From: Macrostomum hystrix
Taxonomy: Eukaryota; Animalia; Platyhelminthes
NCBI GenBank assembly: GCA_950097015.1
Contig: CATNEN010000007.1
Coordinates: 3,286,001 to 3,350,000, forward strand
Length of the DNA stretch: 64,000 nt
Reading direction: 5' to 3'
Below, piece by piece: positions 36,793 through 51,700 of the stretch. The first letter of the stretch is position 1, and the number at the start of each line of letters is the position of its first letter. The translations under genes were made by a program, and so were the position numbers. The notes below the pieces were generated by a model that was given only the letters and a program-made list of their open reading frames with translations, was not told the DNA's origin and ran no database searches.

Positions 36793-39700
36793 TCAAAAGT
36801 CGAACACGTTTCCGTTGCCATGTCCGGCCCCGACTCCGCCCGGGTGCCTCTCCAGAAAGTTGGCCAGCTCGCCGGCTGTCCGGAAGATGTTGACCACGAA
36901 TGGCGAGCCGGGCACGTGAGCTCCGGACCACTTGATGTGCAGCTGGTACTCGCCAGGCTCGGACGGGTCGTAGCGGCAGATTATCGTGCGGTCCTTCTGG
37001 TACTCCCGCTCCATCTCCACACGGAATGCGCCTGCAATGTGGGCGGACATCTCTTCTCAAACACCTGTCACTCGCCTCCCCTATGACACACCTTCGCGCA
37101 GTCACCTACCACCGCAATCGACCACCTCTACAGTCACCCACCTCCGCAGTCACCCGCCTCCGCAATCACCCACCTCCCCAGTCACCCACCTCCCCAGTCA
37201 CCCACCTCCCCTGTCACCCACCTCCGCAGTCACCCACCTCTAATGTCACCCACCTCTAGTCACCCACCTCCGCAGTCACCCACCTCCGCAGTCACCCACC
37301 TCCACAATCACCCACCTCTACAGTCACCTACCTCTACAATCACCCACCTCTACAGTCACCTACCTCTACAATCACCCACCTCTACAGTCATCCACCTCCG
37401 CAATCACACACCTCTACAGTCACCCACCTCCGCAATCACCCACCTCTACAATCACCCACCTCTACAATCACATACCTCTACAATCACCCACCTCTACAGT
37501 CACCTACCTCTACAATCACCCACCTCTACAGTCACCCACCTCCGCAATCACCCACCTCTACAGTCACCCACCTCCGCAATCACCCACCTCCACATCCACA
37601 GTCACTGCTCTGCTCACCTCTCGGCCCGCGGATTCGCACAGTCAGCTGGCCTGCGCCGGCGCCCTTGGTCTCGCAGACGAAGCGGCTCTGGAAGGTGTCC
37701 AACACGCCGTGCTCCACGCCGGGCCCGTAGACGTGAACCCGGCTGGCGTCCGGAGCGGCGGCCACCCGCAGGTTGAAGGGCGACCCGGGCACCTGGTCAC
37801 CGTTGTACTCAATGACCAGCTCGTGCTTGCCGGCCTCCTGCGGCTTGATGCTGAGGGTGTAGGTGTTGTTCTGGTGGTCGTACAGCTCGCAGTAGGCTGG
37901 CTTTGTCGGACCAACGCAGCGGGCCGTCAGGTCGCCGGGTCCTGCCCGTCTAGTGTCGATTAGCGACTTGATCTCCTGGCCCAGCACGCCCTGGTGGAGG
38001 CCCTCGCCGCTGCAGACAATCCGGCTGGCCTCCGAGGGGCCGTGCACCGTCACGCGGAAAGGACTGCCGCGCAGGGGTCGCTCCGACCAGCTAATGTGCA
38101 GAAGGTGCTGGCCAGGACGCTGCGGCCTTCGGTGGATTGATATGGTTGCTATTTTTTACTATGTGGTTGCTGTGTGGTTGCTATGTGGTTGCTATGTGGT
38201 TGCTGTGTGGTTGCTATGTGGTTGCTATGTGGTTGCTGTGTGGTTGCTATGTGGTTGCTATGTGGTTATCTTCTGGGTTCGTTAATTTTATTCTGATAGC
38301 TGCTATGCAAGTCTTTGTGTTTGCAATACCACTTCTAATGGTGGTATTGCTCCACTTCAATTTACAAAGACGGTTGCTATAGAAATTCTATAGGTTGCGA
38401 TGCAACTCAACGAGTTGGCACTGCACTGCTAAAAGTGCACTCACAGGATTTGCCCAGGATCTCCCATTGAACTCACCGATAAGTGCATTTGTACTTTTCC
38501 CCTCCCAGCCGTTGGATGTCGACGTCGGCCGCGTGAGCGTCGCCGGGCGCCGTGACGGAGGCCATGGAGAGCCTCACAGCCGGCTGGCCGCGGCCCGCCT
38601 GGCTGCCGTCGATCAGGAAGGCGGCCTCCTCGCCGACTCGAGCCTCTTTAAGTCCGCGACCGCTGAGAATCACCTTGGTGTCGTCGGTGACTGTGGCAGC
38701 GGCGGCGGCTTCAGTCTCGGCGATGCCCCGCATCGGGCCGCCCGGCAGTGGCTGGTCGCCATAGCGAACCCGCACAATGTGCTCGCCAGCTGAAGTCGGC
38801 GTGAAGGCGAACGAGTCGCCGCGCATCACGCAGCCGACTGGCTGGCCGCGCGGACCTTCAACCTCAGCCGAAAGCCGGCCGGGTCCTGCCATGGCTGTCT
38901 CGTAGATCATGCGGTGCTGCCGACCGACAACCAGGCCCGGTATGAGCTGGGCACCTGGCGGCGGGCCGCCTGAGACGCAGCGTACAGCGCCGAGGTCCAG
39001 CACCAGCGGGCTGAACGGGCTGCCGGGAATCGGCTTACCGTTCCAGTGCACCTGCACTGAGTAGTGGCCTACCTCCTCCGGCGTGTAGGAGACTCGGTAC
39101 TGGCCGCTGGACTGCGGCTCGATGTTGCACGCCGAGATCGAGGTCGGGCCTGACAGCGGCGAATCAGGGCGCGTGATGGTTACTCACAGAACTGCTCACC
39201 CTCTAGTCATTACTGCTCCCTCTCTACTCAGTACTGCTCACTCTATACTCAGTACTGCTCACTCTCTACTTAGTACTGCTCACTCTCTACTTAGTACTGC
39301 TCACTCTCTACTCAGAGTACTGCTCACTCTCTACTCAGTATTGCTCACTCTCTACTCAGTACTGCTCACTCTTTACTCAGTACTGCTCACTCTCTACTTA
39401 GTATTGCTCACTCTCTACTCAGTACTGCTCACTCTTTACTCAGTATTGCTCACTCTCTACTCAGTACTGCTCACTCTTTACTCAGTACTGCTCACTCTCT
39501 ACTCAGAGTATTGCTCACTCTCTACTCAGTACTGCTCACTCTCTACTTAGTACTGCTCACTCTCTACTCAGAGTACTGCTCACTCTCTACTCAGTACTGC
39601 TCACTCTCTACTTAGTACTGCTCACTCTCTACTCAGAGTACTGCTCACTCTCTACTCAGTATTGCTCACTCTCTACTCAGTACTGCTCACTCTTTACTCA

Positions 39701-42700
39701 GTGTTGCTCACTCTCTACTCAGTACTGCTCACTCTTTACTCAGTGTTGCTCACTCTCTACTCAGTACTGCTCACTCTTTACTCAGTACTGCTCACTCAGA
39801 GTATAATACTCAGATATATATTTCTCTTATTGTATTCTCTAAATGTACTTTAGCAAGGCATTAAAGAAAAGTGCAAATTGTTGTGAAGAGAATGGGAGAC
39901 ACAAGAAAGTGTCTATGAAAAGAATCACTCTCAGAATATTGTAAATAAAAAACTAGCACAGTGGAATAGAAATGAACGGAAATGTAAATACTGTGACTTA
40001 ATCTTTCTACTACACATGCTCGTACTTATTTGATGCAGTGTGATCTGAAAATCTGACAATTGTTTTAGTTTGAATGTTCTTGCAGCATGCGGAATGTGAC
40101 TGTGGCACATTGTGAGCCGCCTAAAATATTGTTTCCAATTGAGCCATTGTACGCGATGTGACTGCTTATGTACGCTTGAAAAATAATATTTTACGAAATG
40201 TTAACCTGGCAACTTCCATCGCTGTCGCTTTGGCATTTTGTGTAGCACTTCATTTTGGAAGAAATTGAAAAGATTGCTGTGGTTATATCAATTAGTTGCC
40301 AAACTAGTACTGATCCATGAGTGACGGGAGATCAGGCGGTAGACTTTGGAATGGATTGGTAAATTTGGTTAGGAAACAGGTGGGGTGGATTGATAGATCG
40401 GGTGAGTTGGATTGATAGATCGGGTGAGTTAGATTGATAGATCGGGTGAGTTGGGTTGATAGATCGGGTGAGTTAGATTGATAGATCGGGTGCGTTGGAT
40501 TGATAGATCGGGTGAGGTGGATTGATAGATCAGGTGAGTTGGATTGATAGACCAGTTGAGGCGGATTGGTTGATCGGGTGAGGTGTATTGATTGATCAGG
40601 TCAGATTGATTGATAGATCTGTTGAGGTGGATTGATAGATACCTAGGCCCACCTGTACCGTCCGTCAGCACTCACCGTCCACCTGCACGAACAAGTCTCC
40701 CTTCTGGCCCTTCGGATCCACATAGAAGTGCGTCGGCCGCTGCAGCTGAGCCGACGTCAGGCCCTCGCCGTGTGCCGTTGTCGTCTCCACCTCCGGCTCA
40801 GCTGCCTCCTGGACAAACGGCCCGCCGTCGACGCTGAAGCCACCCAGAGAAAGGTCGAGTCGGTGCCGGCCGGACTCAACCGGCGTGTACTCAAAGTGTC
40901 GCTGACCGGACGACTCTTTGGCCAGCTCGCGCAACGACGACACCGGCCGGCCAGACGGCGCAGTCACCGTCAAGCTCAGCGGCGCCTCGCCGGCTCCGTC
41001 CAGCTGCGCCTCGATGCGCGTCGGCTTCCCGACGGTGACGCTGGCGTCGTAGATGAGGCGGACCCGGCTGGGGTCCAGGATCAGCAGGCTGAAGGGGCTG
41101 CCTTTCACCTGCCGGCCGGCGAACAGCAGCTCCAGGTGGTACTGCCCGGCCTCCTTGGGCAGAAAGGACACTTCGATCTCGCCGTTGTCGCGCTGCTGCA
41201 GCCGGCTGGGTATCTGGGAGCGAGACGGACCTGGGAAACCGGGGCAGTGCGTTCACAGCTGATGAATATTCCATCTTTTCCACTTTCCAGCCATTGCGCG
41301 GCGCATCTGAAGGCTGCGTACGGCTGTTCAGTCCATGGACTGGGGGGACGCCACACCCACCCTCAATTACCCCAGCTAATGCTGGTACCCATTTAACAGC
41401 TGGGTGAACTGAATCAAAACAGAGTTAAGTGTATTGCTAACGGACACTAAATTGTTCCGGTGGAGTTGGGAATCGAACCCCCAACCTTTAAGTCGTGAGT
41501 CCGACGCAATAAGCACTAGGCTGCAATAAACCCATGAAGCAGCATAAGGTATCCATGGACTGAAAATTTGTACACAACATTTGGAAGCGCTGCGCTATTG
41601 ATAGATATTGATTGGACTTGCTGTACATGTGGTCCAACTGATTTAAGTGCAAAATCTATCATTTACCAGCACCACCAATTGTTTAATTACACTCAGATTT
41701 TGTTTATATCTGCATTCAAAATCTGATTGGGCGTCGAGGATTCATTATATTTTGCTATTTTTAGAAACTTTCCAGCTCTGTCACGTGACTAAGTTCAGCC
41801 AGGATTTCTGTCACTACACTACGCCAGTACAGGTGGGCGCCACTACCACACGGGGGCACCAGTATACTACATGGGGGCACCACTATACCACGGGGCGCCA
41901 CTATACCACACGGGGGCACCACTATACCACAAGGGGGCACCACTATACCACACGGGGGCACCACTATACCACACGGGGGCGCCACTATACCACACGGGGG
42001 CACCACTATACCACACGGGGGCACCACTATACCACACGGGGGCACCACTATACCACACGGGGCGCCACTATACCACACGGGGGCACCACTATACCACACG
42101 GGGCGCCACTATACCACACGGGGGCATCACTATACCACGGGGGCGCCACTATACCACACGGGGGCACCACTATACCACGGGGCACCACTATACCACACGG
42201 GGCGCCACTATACCACACGGGGGCACCACTATACCACGGGGGCGCCACACAGTTTCGTCAGCCGATTAGGGGGGCCGCGGCCCCCTTGCCCCCCCTGTCT
42301 GTCACGTGACTAAGCTGAGCCAATGAAAACGGGCGCCAAATCCATCCTCACCCAGGATGCGGACCTCCAGCTCGCCCGGCCCAGCGTTGGCCGTGTGCAC
42401 CACGAAGCCGGCGTCGCGTCCGCAGCGCAGCATAGCGGCCGTGATGGCGGCGACGTCGACGTTGGCTTCCTCCTGATTGCGCACCTGGACACTGAACGGC
42501 GAGCCGCGAAGCTCCTCTTCGCCGTAGTGAATCTAGAACAGGAAATTTAAAAAGTTTCTGCTTTCTTTAACGGGCCTAAACACCGCTTGCTGCTTTCTTC
42601 TTGCATTCTTTCTCTTTGCATTGCAAAGGCTGGAAATTTTAACCATAGTTTGGGTTGTGTGCCGATTCGGTTATGCCTGTGTTTGCTCCAGCCTATAGAT

Positions 42701-45700
42701 GATAGTTTGCTTAAGTTGTGAGTCAATCTACGTTGCATTTAATGACAATTTTTAGGTATGTTTGCATTCGGTTTCTTTTGCGTGTCTGATAGACAAGTAC
42801 TTAATGTGTGTTAGACAGAGATTTAATCATTAGACAGGCCGAAAATCGTGTTAGACAAGTTCTTGTAACCTGTTAGACAAGGTCTAGTAACCTGTTAGAC
42901 AACGTCTAGTAACCTGTTAGACAAGGGTTTAATAAGGTGTTAGACAAGATTTTGTAACCTGTTAGACAGAGGTGGCCATTTTTCGATAGTTCTGGACGAT
43001 TACCTGTTAGATCGATGGCCTATTTCTGATATCTGTTAGACCGCAAAGTAGTATAACTAAGTTAAAGCGGCTTACCGAAACTTGATAGACGCCGGCCCTG
43101 TTTGGCGAGAAGTGAATCTTCCTATCGCCGTCGCTGTCCTCGATAAAGCACGGAACAGTCTCGCCGTCCAGGCTGACCTGAGCTGTCAGTTTGGCACCTG
43201 CGGCGTGCCGAACCAGGACGTGAGTGTCCTGACCCGTCACCACTGATTTCGGAGCCTCGACAGCCACGGAGGCGCTGTCCAGCAGCACGAGGGTGACCGG
43301 CGAGCTTGGCAGCTCTTCGTTGTCGATCCAAACGCGAAGCTGCCATTCGCCTGATGTGCCAGATTTGAAACGTTCACGTGTACTTCTGATTTATTAAGAA
43401 CATTTATGTACTTTTATTGGCCAAATTCGAGTCAATCGTGCGGACGAACTTTAAATTGTTTTCCTACGGCCACACTTTTATATTTTACTAAAGTTGTACT
43501 TTTATTTTAATTGTACTTTACAACTTGCTAATGGACTTTTATATGAAGTTTTCTAAAATGATAACTATTTCTCAGTCGTGTACTTTTAAGTAACCAGTTT
43601 TTTTCTAAGACAAAGACAGCTTGTAAAATAAAATTATTGACAATAATTAGTATTCAATGACATGCAAATCAAATAAAAAAATAAGCATTACAACTGAAAT
43701 AAAAATTACAAAAGAAAACTTAAATCTACGATCAAAGTGCAGCAACCAGAAAGCAAATTAATATGTAAAAATGCATTTATCGAGAAAAAAGAATTCTTAG
43801 CTTCCACCAAAAGGCATCTACTTGCCACATTCTTGGTTCTGGTCTTACCTGTCTTTTTACCTTAAAACAAGGGTAATGAGTAAAAACTATTTAATAAAAT
43901 ACTTATAACCACTATTTTAATTGTTTGATTTTTTATCTTTTAAATGTAATAAAAATGAAGAGCTGTTTTTATAATATGACAATTGTACAATTTTTTTACT
44001 TAATAATATTGAATAATTTTTAAATACTTTTTAAAATAAAATAATTTTAACTTTAGCATTAAAAAAAATTAAAAACCTGTTATCATATTGCAGCTTTAAT
44101 TCTTTTTCTTTTCGCTGAGTCATGCATTAAAACCAACCAACCATTCACGGCTCGGGTTAATAAGAAGCTAATGGTTCAAAAATTCAAATATTTCTCAGAA
44201 TTCCGCTGACTCACTCTCTGGATCTTCATCAACTTCAAATGTCAAATCGTAGGCTGAAATTCGAAGCACAAGTCTGGTTGCTAAAGGTTTGTTTCTAGCT
44301 ATTTTGAAAACAGAAATTACACCGTTGCATTTCAATTTTGTAGGAAATTCTCGGAACCCTGCAATCTCTCGCAAAAAATAAAATATTCTTGCAACAAAAT
44401 CTTCCTCTTTAAAATCCACGCTTTTCCTATTTTTTCCGGTTGAACGGTAGCTCGTATCACATGTGTGATAGAGATTGGATTGCTAGTCTATCCCATCGGT
44501 GAAGTAACAGAATGGATTGCTAGTCTATCCCATGGGTAAGGGAACAGGATGGATTGTTAGTCTAATTCATAGCTTGTAGCCCGGTCTTTACAGTGTCTGA
44601 CTTCTATCGAGTGACGGGAGTTCGAATCTGCACCAAAGGCAGCCTCAGCTAGGCCTGCACCGCTGCTGAACACATGGCCCAGTGGGTTTCTGTGATTTCT
44701 ATCTATAATAGATTTCTATCTATTTCTATCTAATTTCTATCTATAACTATCTATAATAGCTGTGATCCACTATACTAAAAATGAAATGGTTGGTTGGTTG
44801 GTTGGTTGTAATTGATTTTCTCCCGAACGGCTCAACCGATTTTCACCATTTCTTCACCAAAAGATGCTAAATATGGGGACAATTATACACGTATTTTTAT
44901 TAAGCTTAACTTTATTGCTAAAGGGATTAAATATTCGAAAAACATGATTTTTCAAAGGTCAAACATCTTGGCCTATTGAGAATTTTACTCACTGCCACTG
45001 AATTAGAATTGCATCGTCAAATTGCGCAACAACCCCTAGCTGATTGAATTTGAAGCCTGCACTCTGGAGACAAATTTGAAATAAATGTACACAACCAACC
45101 GCGAGACTGAGTGTACTCTATTCTCTTACTTCATTGTACAAAGCCAGAACTTTGAGAATTCATTTTATAACGCTGATTTTTGCACCCACTAACCAACAGT
45201 CGGAATAGCCGATGTGTAGGCACTAGGAATAGGTTAGGCTAGGCTAGGGTTCGATTCTGCACTGCGTCAAATCATTTAGACTAATTTTCAGCCAGTAGTG
45301 ATTGAAGACTATTTTAATTTATTTTTTTCATTTCGTAAATCAAATATCATAAATCATAGCACACCGGCTAAAACAGAGTTTGAATCATGGCTAAACCAGA
45401 GTCTGAATCATGGCTAAACCAGAGTCTGAATCATGGCTAAACCAGAGTCTGAATCATGGCTAAACCAGAGTCTGAATCATGGCTAAACCAGAGTCTGAAT
45501 CAAGGCTAAACCAGATCTTGAATCATGGCTAAACCAGAGTCTGAATCATGGCTAAACCAGAGTCTGAATCATGGCTAAACTAGAGTCTGAATCATGGCTA
45601 AACCAGAGTTTAAATCATGGCAAAACCAGAGTTTGAATCATAGCTACACCAGAGTCTGAATCATGACTAAACCAGAATTTGAATCATAGCTAAACCAGCG

Positions 45701-48700
45701 TCTGAATCATGGCTAAACCAGAGTCTGAATCATGGCAAAACTGGAGTCTGAATCATGGCTAAACCAGAGTTTGAATCATGCCTAAACCAGAGTCTGAATC
45801 ATGGCTAAACCAGAGTCTGAATCATGGCTAAACCAGAGTCTGAATCATGGCTAAACCAGAGTCTGAATCATGGCTAAACCAGAGTCTGAATCATGGCTAA
45901 ACCAGAGTCTGAATCATGGCTACACCAGAGTCTGAATCATGGCTAAACAAGCGTCTGAATCATGGCAAAACCAGAGTTTGAATCATGGCTAAACCAGAGT
46001 TTGAATCATGGCTAAACCAGATCTTGAATCATGGCTAAACCAGAGTCTGAATCATGGCTAAACCAGAGTCTGAATCATGACTAAACTAGAGTCTGAATCA
46101 TGGCTAAACCAGAGTTTAAATCATGGCAAAACCAGAGTTTGAATCATAGCTACACCAGATTCTGAATCATGGCTAAACCAGAATTTGAATCATAGCTAAA
46201 CCAGCGTCTTAATCATGGCTAAACTAGATTCTGAATCATGGCTAGACCAGAGTCTGAATCATGGCTACACCAGAGTCTGAATCATGGCTAAACCAGAGTC
46301 TGAATCATGGCTAAACCAGAGTCTGAATCATGGCAAAACTGGAGTCTGAATCATGGCTAAACCAGAGTTTGAATCATGCCTAAACCAGAGTCTGAATCAT
46401 GGCTAAACCAGAGTCTGAATCATGGCAAAACTGGAGTCTGAATCATGGCTAAACCAGAGTTTGAATCATGGCTAAACCAGAGTTTGAATCATGGCTAATC
46501 CAGAGTCTGAATCATGGCTAAACCAGAGTCTGAATCATCGCTAAACCAGATCTTGAATCATGGCTAAACCAGAGTCTGAATCATGGCTAAACCAGAGTCT
46601 GAATCATGGCTAAACTAGAGTCTGAATCATGGCAAAACCAGAGTTTAAATCATGGCAAAACCAGAGTTTGAATCATAGCTACACCAGAGTCTGAATCATG
46701 ACTAAACCAGAATTTGAATCATAGCTAAACCAGCGTCTAAATCATGGCTAAACTAGATTCTGAATCATGGCTAAACCAGAGTCTGAAACATGGCAAAACC
46801 AGAGTTTGAATCATGGCTAAACCAGAGTTTGAATCATGGCTAAACCAGATCTTGAATCATGACTAAACCAGAGTCTGAATCATGGCTAAACCAGCGTCTG
46901 AATCATGGCTACACCAGAGTCTGAATCATGGCTAAACCAGAGTTTGAATCATGGCTAAACCAGAGTCTGAATCATGGCTAAACCAGAGTCTGAATCATGG
47001 CTACACCAGAGTCTGAATCATGGCTAAACAAGCGTCTTAATCATGGCTAAACTAGAGTCTGAATCATGGCTACACCAGAGTCTGAAACATGGCAAAACCA
47101 GAGTTTGAATCATGGCTAAACCAGAGTTTGAATCATGGCTAAACCAGATCTTGAATCATGGCTAAACCAGAGTCTGAATCATGGCTAAACCAGAGTCTGA
47201 ATCATGGCTAAACTAGAGTCTGAATCATGGCTAAACCAGAGTTTAAATCATGGCAAAACCAGAGTTTGAATCATAGCTACACCAGAGTCTGAATCATGGC
47301 TAAACCAGAATTTGAATCATAGCTAAACCAGCGTCTTAATCATGGCTAAACTAGATTCTGAATCATGGCTAGACCAGAGTCTGAATCATGGCTACACCAG
47401 AGTCTGAATCATGGCTAAACCAGAATTTGAATCATAGCTAAACCAGTGTCTTAATCATGGCTAAACTAGATTCTGAATCATGGCTAAACCAGAGTTTGAA
47501 TCATGGCTAAACCAGATCTTGAATCATGGCTAAACCAGAACTGGTGGATAATCGTCAACTGGGGGATCATGGTAAACTTGGGGATAATTGTCAACTGGGG
47601 GATCATTGTCAACTGGAGGATAATTGTCACGGGGAAACATCACCAAATGCGGGATCATAATCAACTGGGGGATCATTGTCAACTAGGGGATCATGTTCAA
47701 CTGGGGGAACATTGTCAACTGGGATCACCATCAATGGGGGATCATAGTCAACTGAGAGATAATTGTCGACTGGGGGATAATCGTCAACTGGGGGATCATG
47801 GTCAACTGGAGGATCATTGTCAACGGGGGGATAATTGTCAACTGGGGGATAATTGTCAACTGGGGAGTCATCATCAAATGCGGGATCATGGTCAACTGGG
47901 GGATAATTGTCAATGTCAACTGGGGGATCATTGTCAACTGTGAGATCATTGTCAATGTCAACTGGGGGATCAATGTCAACTGGGGATCATTGTCAACTGT
48001 GGGATCATTGTAAACTGGGGGATCATTGTCAACTGGGGGTTTATCATCACCCGGAGGATCATTGTGAACTGGGGGGATCATTGTCAACTTGTTGATCATC
48101 ATCAACTGGGGGATCATTGTCAACTGTGGGAACATTGTCAACTGGGGGAACGTTGTCAACTGGAGATTATCATCAATGGGGAGTCATCATTAACTGGGGG
48201 ATCATTGTCAACTGCGTGATCATCATCAATTGGGGGATTATTGTCAACTCGGGGATCATTGTCAACTGTGGGAACATTGTCAACTGGGGATCATCATCAA
48301 TGGGGAGTCATCATTAACTGGGGGATCATTGTCAACTGTGGGATTATTGTCAACTGGGGGATCATTGTCAAATGGGGGAACATTGTCAACTGGGGGATCA
48401 TTGTCAACTGGGGGTTCATTGTCAACTGGGGGTTCATTGTCAACTGGGGGTTCATTGTCAACTGTGGGATCATTGTCAACGGGCGGGATCATTGTCAACT
48501 GGGGGATCATTGTCAACTGGGGGATCGTTGTCAACTGGGGTTCATTGTCAACTGGGGGATCATTGTCAACTGGGGGATCATTGTCAACTGTGGGATCATT
48601 GTCAACTGGGTGATCATCATCAACTGGGGGATCATTGTCAACTGGGGGAACATTGTCAACTGGAGGAACATTGTTAACTGGGGATCATCATCAATGGGGA

Positions 48701-51700
48701 GTCATCATCAACTGGGGGATCATTGTGAACTGGGGGATCTTTGTTAACTGGGGGATCATTGTCAACTGGGGGATCATTGTCAACTGGGGGATCATTGTCA
48801 ACTGGGGGATCATTGTCAACTGGGTGATCATCATTAACTGGGGGATCATTGTCAACTGGGGGATCATTGTCAACTGTGGGATCATTGTCAACTGGGGGAT
48901 CATTGTCAAATGGGGGATCATTGTCAACTGGGGGATCATTGTCAAATGGGGGATCATTGTCAAATGGGGGAACATTGTCAACTGGGGGTTCATTGTCAAC
49001 TGGGGGATCATTGTCAACTGGGGGTTCATTGTCAACTGGGGGTTCATTGTCAACTGGGGGTTCATTGTCAACTGTGGGATCATTGTCAACGGGCGGGATC
49101 ATTGTCAACTGGGGGATCATTGTCAACTGGGGGATCGTTGTCAACTGGGGTTCATTGTCAACTGGGGGATCATTGTCAACTGGGGGATCATTGTCAACTG
49201 GGGGATCATCATCAACTGGCGGATCATTGTCAACTGGGGGTTCATTGTCAACTGTGAGATCATTGTCAACGGGCGGGATCATTGTCAACTGGGGAATCAT
49301 TGTCAACTGGGGGATCATTGTCAACTGGGGGATCATTGTCAACTGGGTGATCATCATCAACTGGGGGATCATTGTCAACTGGGGGAACATTGTCAACTGG
49401 AGGAACATTGTTAACTGGGGATCATCATCAATGGGGAGTCATCATCAACTGGGGGATCATTGTGAACTGGGGGATCTTTGTTAACTGGGGGATCATTGTC
49501 AACTGGGGGATCATTGTCAACTGGGGGATCATTGTCAACTGGGGGATCATTGTCAACTGGGTGATCATCATTAACTGGGGGATCATTGTCAACTGGGGAA
49601 TCATTGTCAACTGTGGGATCATTGTCAACTGGGGGATCATTGTCAAATGGGGGATCATTGTCAACTGGGGGATCGTTGTCAACTGGGGGTTCATTGTCAA
49701 CTGGGGGTTCATTGTCAACTGGGGGATCATTGTCAACTGGGGGATCATTGTAGCTTTAAAAAGCTGTAAATTCAGCTGCTAAAAAGTATATACTAGACGA
49801 ATTAAAAGTATTTCTGCTCCCCGAAGGGGGGCAAAACTTGCTAGTCTAATATACTAAAAATGAACTGTTTACTTACTTGGTTGTAATTGATTTTCTCCCG
49901 AACGGCTCAACCGATTTTCACCATTTCTTCACCAAAAGATGCTAAATATGGGGACAATTATACACGTATTTTTATTAAGCTTAACTTTATTGCTAAAGGG
50001 ATTAAATATTCGAAAAACATGATTTTTCAAAGGTCAAACATCTTGGCCTATTGAGAATTTTACTCACTGCCACTGAATTAGAATTGCATCGTCAAATTGC
50101 GCAACAACCCCAAGCTGATTGAATTTGAAGCCTGCACTCTGGAGACAAATTTGAAATAAATGTACACAACCAACCGCGAGACTGAGTGTACTCTATTCTC
50201 TTACTTCATTGTACAAAGCCAGAACTTTGAGAATTCATTTTATAACGCTGATTTTTGCACCCACTAACCAACAGTCGGAATAGCCGATGTGTAGGCACTA
50301 GGAATAGGTTAGGCTAGGCTAGGGTTCGATTCTGCACTGCGTCAAATCATTTAGACTAATTTTCAGCCAGTAGTGATTGAAGACTATTTTAATTTATTTT
50401 TTTCATTTCGTAAATCAAATATCATAAATCATAGCACACCGGCTAAAACAGAGTTTGAATCATGGCTAAACCAGAGTCTGAATCATGGCTAAACCAGAGT
50501 CTGAATCATGGCTAAACCAGAGTCTGAATCATGGCTAAACCAGAGTCTGAATCATGGCTAAACCAGAGTCTGAATCAAGGCTAAACCAGATCTTGAATCA
50601 TGGCTAAACCAGAGTCTGAATCATGGCTAAACCAGAGTCTGAATCATGGCTAAACTAGAGTCTGAATCATGGCTAAACCAGAGTTTAAATCATGGCAAAA
50701 CCAGAGTTTGAATCATAGCTACACCAGAGTCTGAATCATGGCTAAACCAGAATTTGAATCATAGCTAAACCAGCGTCTTAATCATGGCTAAACTAGAGTC
50801 TGAATCATGGCTACACCAGAGTCTGAATCATGGCAAAACCAGAGTTTGAATCATGGCTAAACCAGAGTTTGAATCATGGCTAAACCAGATCTTGAATCAT
50901 GGCTAAACCAGAGTCTGAATCATGGCTAAACCAGAGTCTGAATCATGACTAAACTAGAGTCTGAATCATGGCTAAACCAGAGTTTAAATCATGGCAAAAC
51001 CAGAGTTTGAATCATAGCTACACCAGAGTCTGAATCATGGCTAAACCAGAATTTGAATCATAGCTAAACCAGCGTCTTAATCATGGCTAAACTAGATTCT
51101 GAATCATGGCTAGACCAGAGTCTGAATCATGGCTACACCAGAGTCTGAATCATGGCTAAACCAGAGTCTGAATCATGGCTAAACCAGAGTCTGAATCATG
51201 GCAAAACTGGAGTCTGAATCATGGCTAAACCAGAGTTTGAATCATGCCTAAACCAGAGTCTGAATCATGGCTAAACCAGAGTCTGAATCATAGCTAAACC
51301 AGAGTTTGAATCATGGCTAAACCAGAGTTTGAATCATGGCTAAACCAGAGTCTGAATCATGGCTAAACCAGAGTCTGAATCATGGCTAAACCAGAGTCTG
51401 AATCATGCCTAAACCAGAGTCTGAATCATGGCTAAACCAGAGTCTGAATCATGGCTAAACCAGAGTTTGAATCATGGCTAAACCAGAGTTTGAATCATGG
51501 CTAAACCAGAGTCTGAATCAAGGCTAAACCAGATCTTGAATCATGGCTAAACCAGAGTCTGAATCATGGCTAAACCAGAGTCTGAATCATGGCTAAACTA
51601 GAGTCTGAATCATGGCTAAACCAGAGTTTAAATCATGGCAAAACCAGAGTTTGAATCATAGCTACACCAGAGTCTGAATCATGACTACTCCAGAGTCGGA

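Larger units (their letters stand above)
44766..49844 (+). mobile_element. Non-autonomous Helitron, copy 1 (5079 bp)
   Basis: 5' TC end (TCCACTATACTAAAAATGAA) after an A, followed by a (GGTT)n microsatellite. 3' hairpin GCTCCCC-GAA-GGGGGGC (49816-49832) lies 8 nt before the terminal CTAG. No Rep/helicase ORF. Confidence 0.85.

Noticed and set aside
44195-44419. 74-aa minus-strand ORF in the large filamin intron as an extra exon
   Set aside because: No filamin-repeat features, and the filamin exons on either side of the intron already join in phase.
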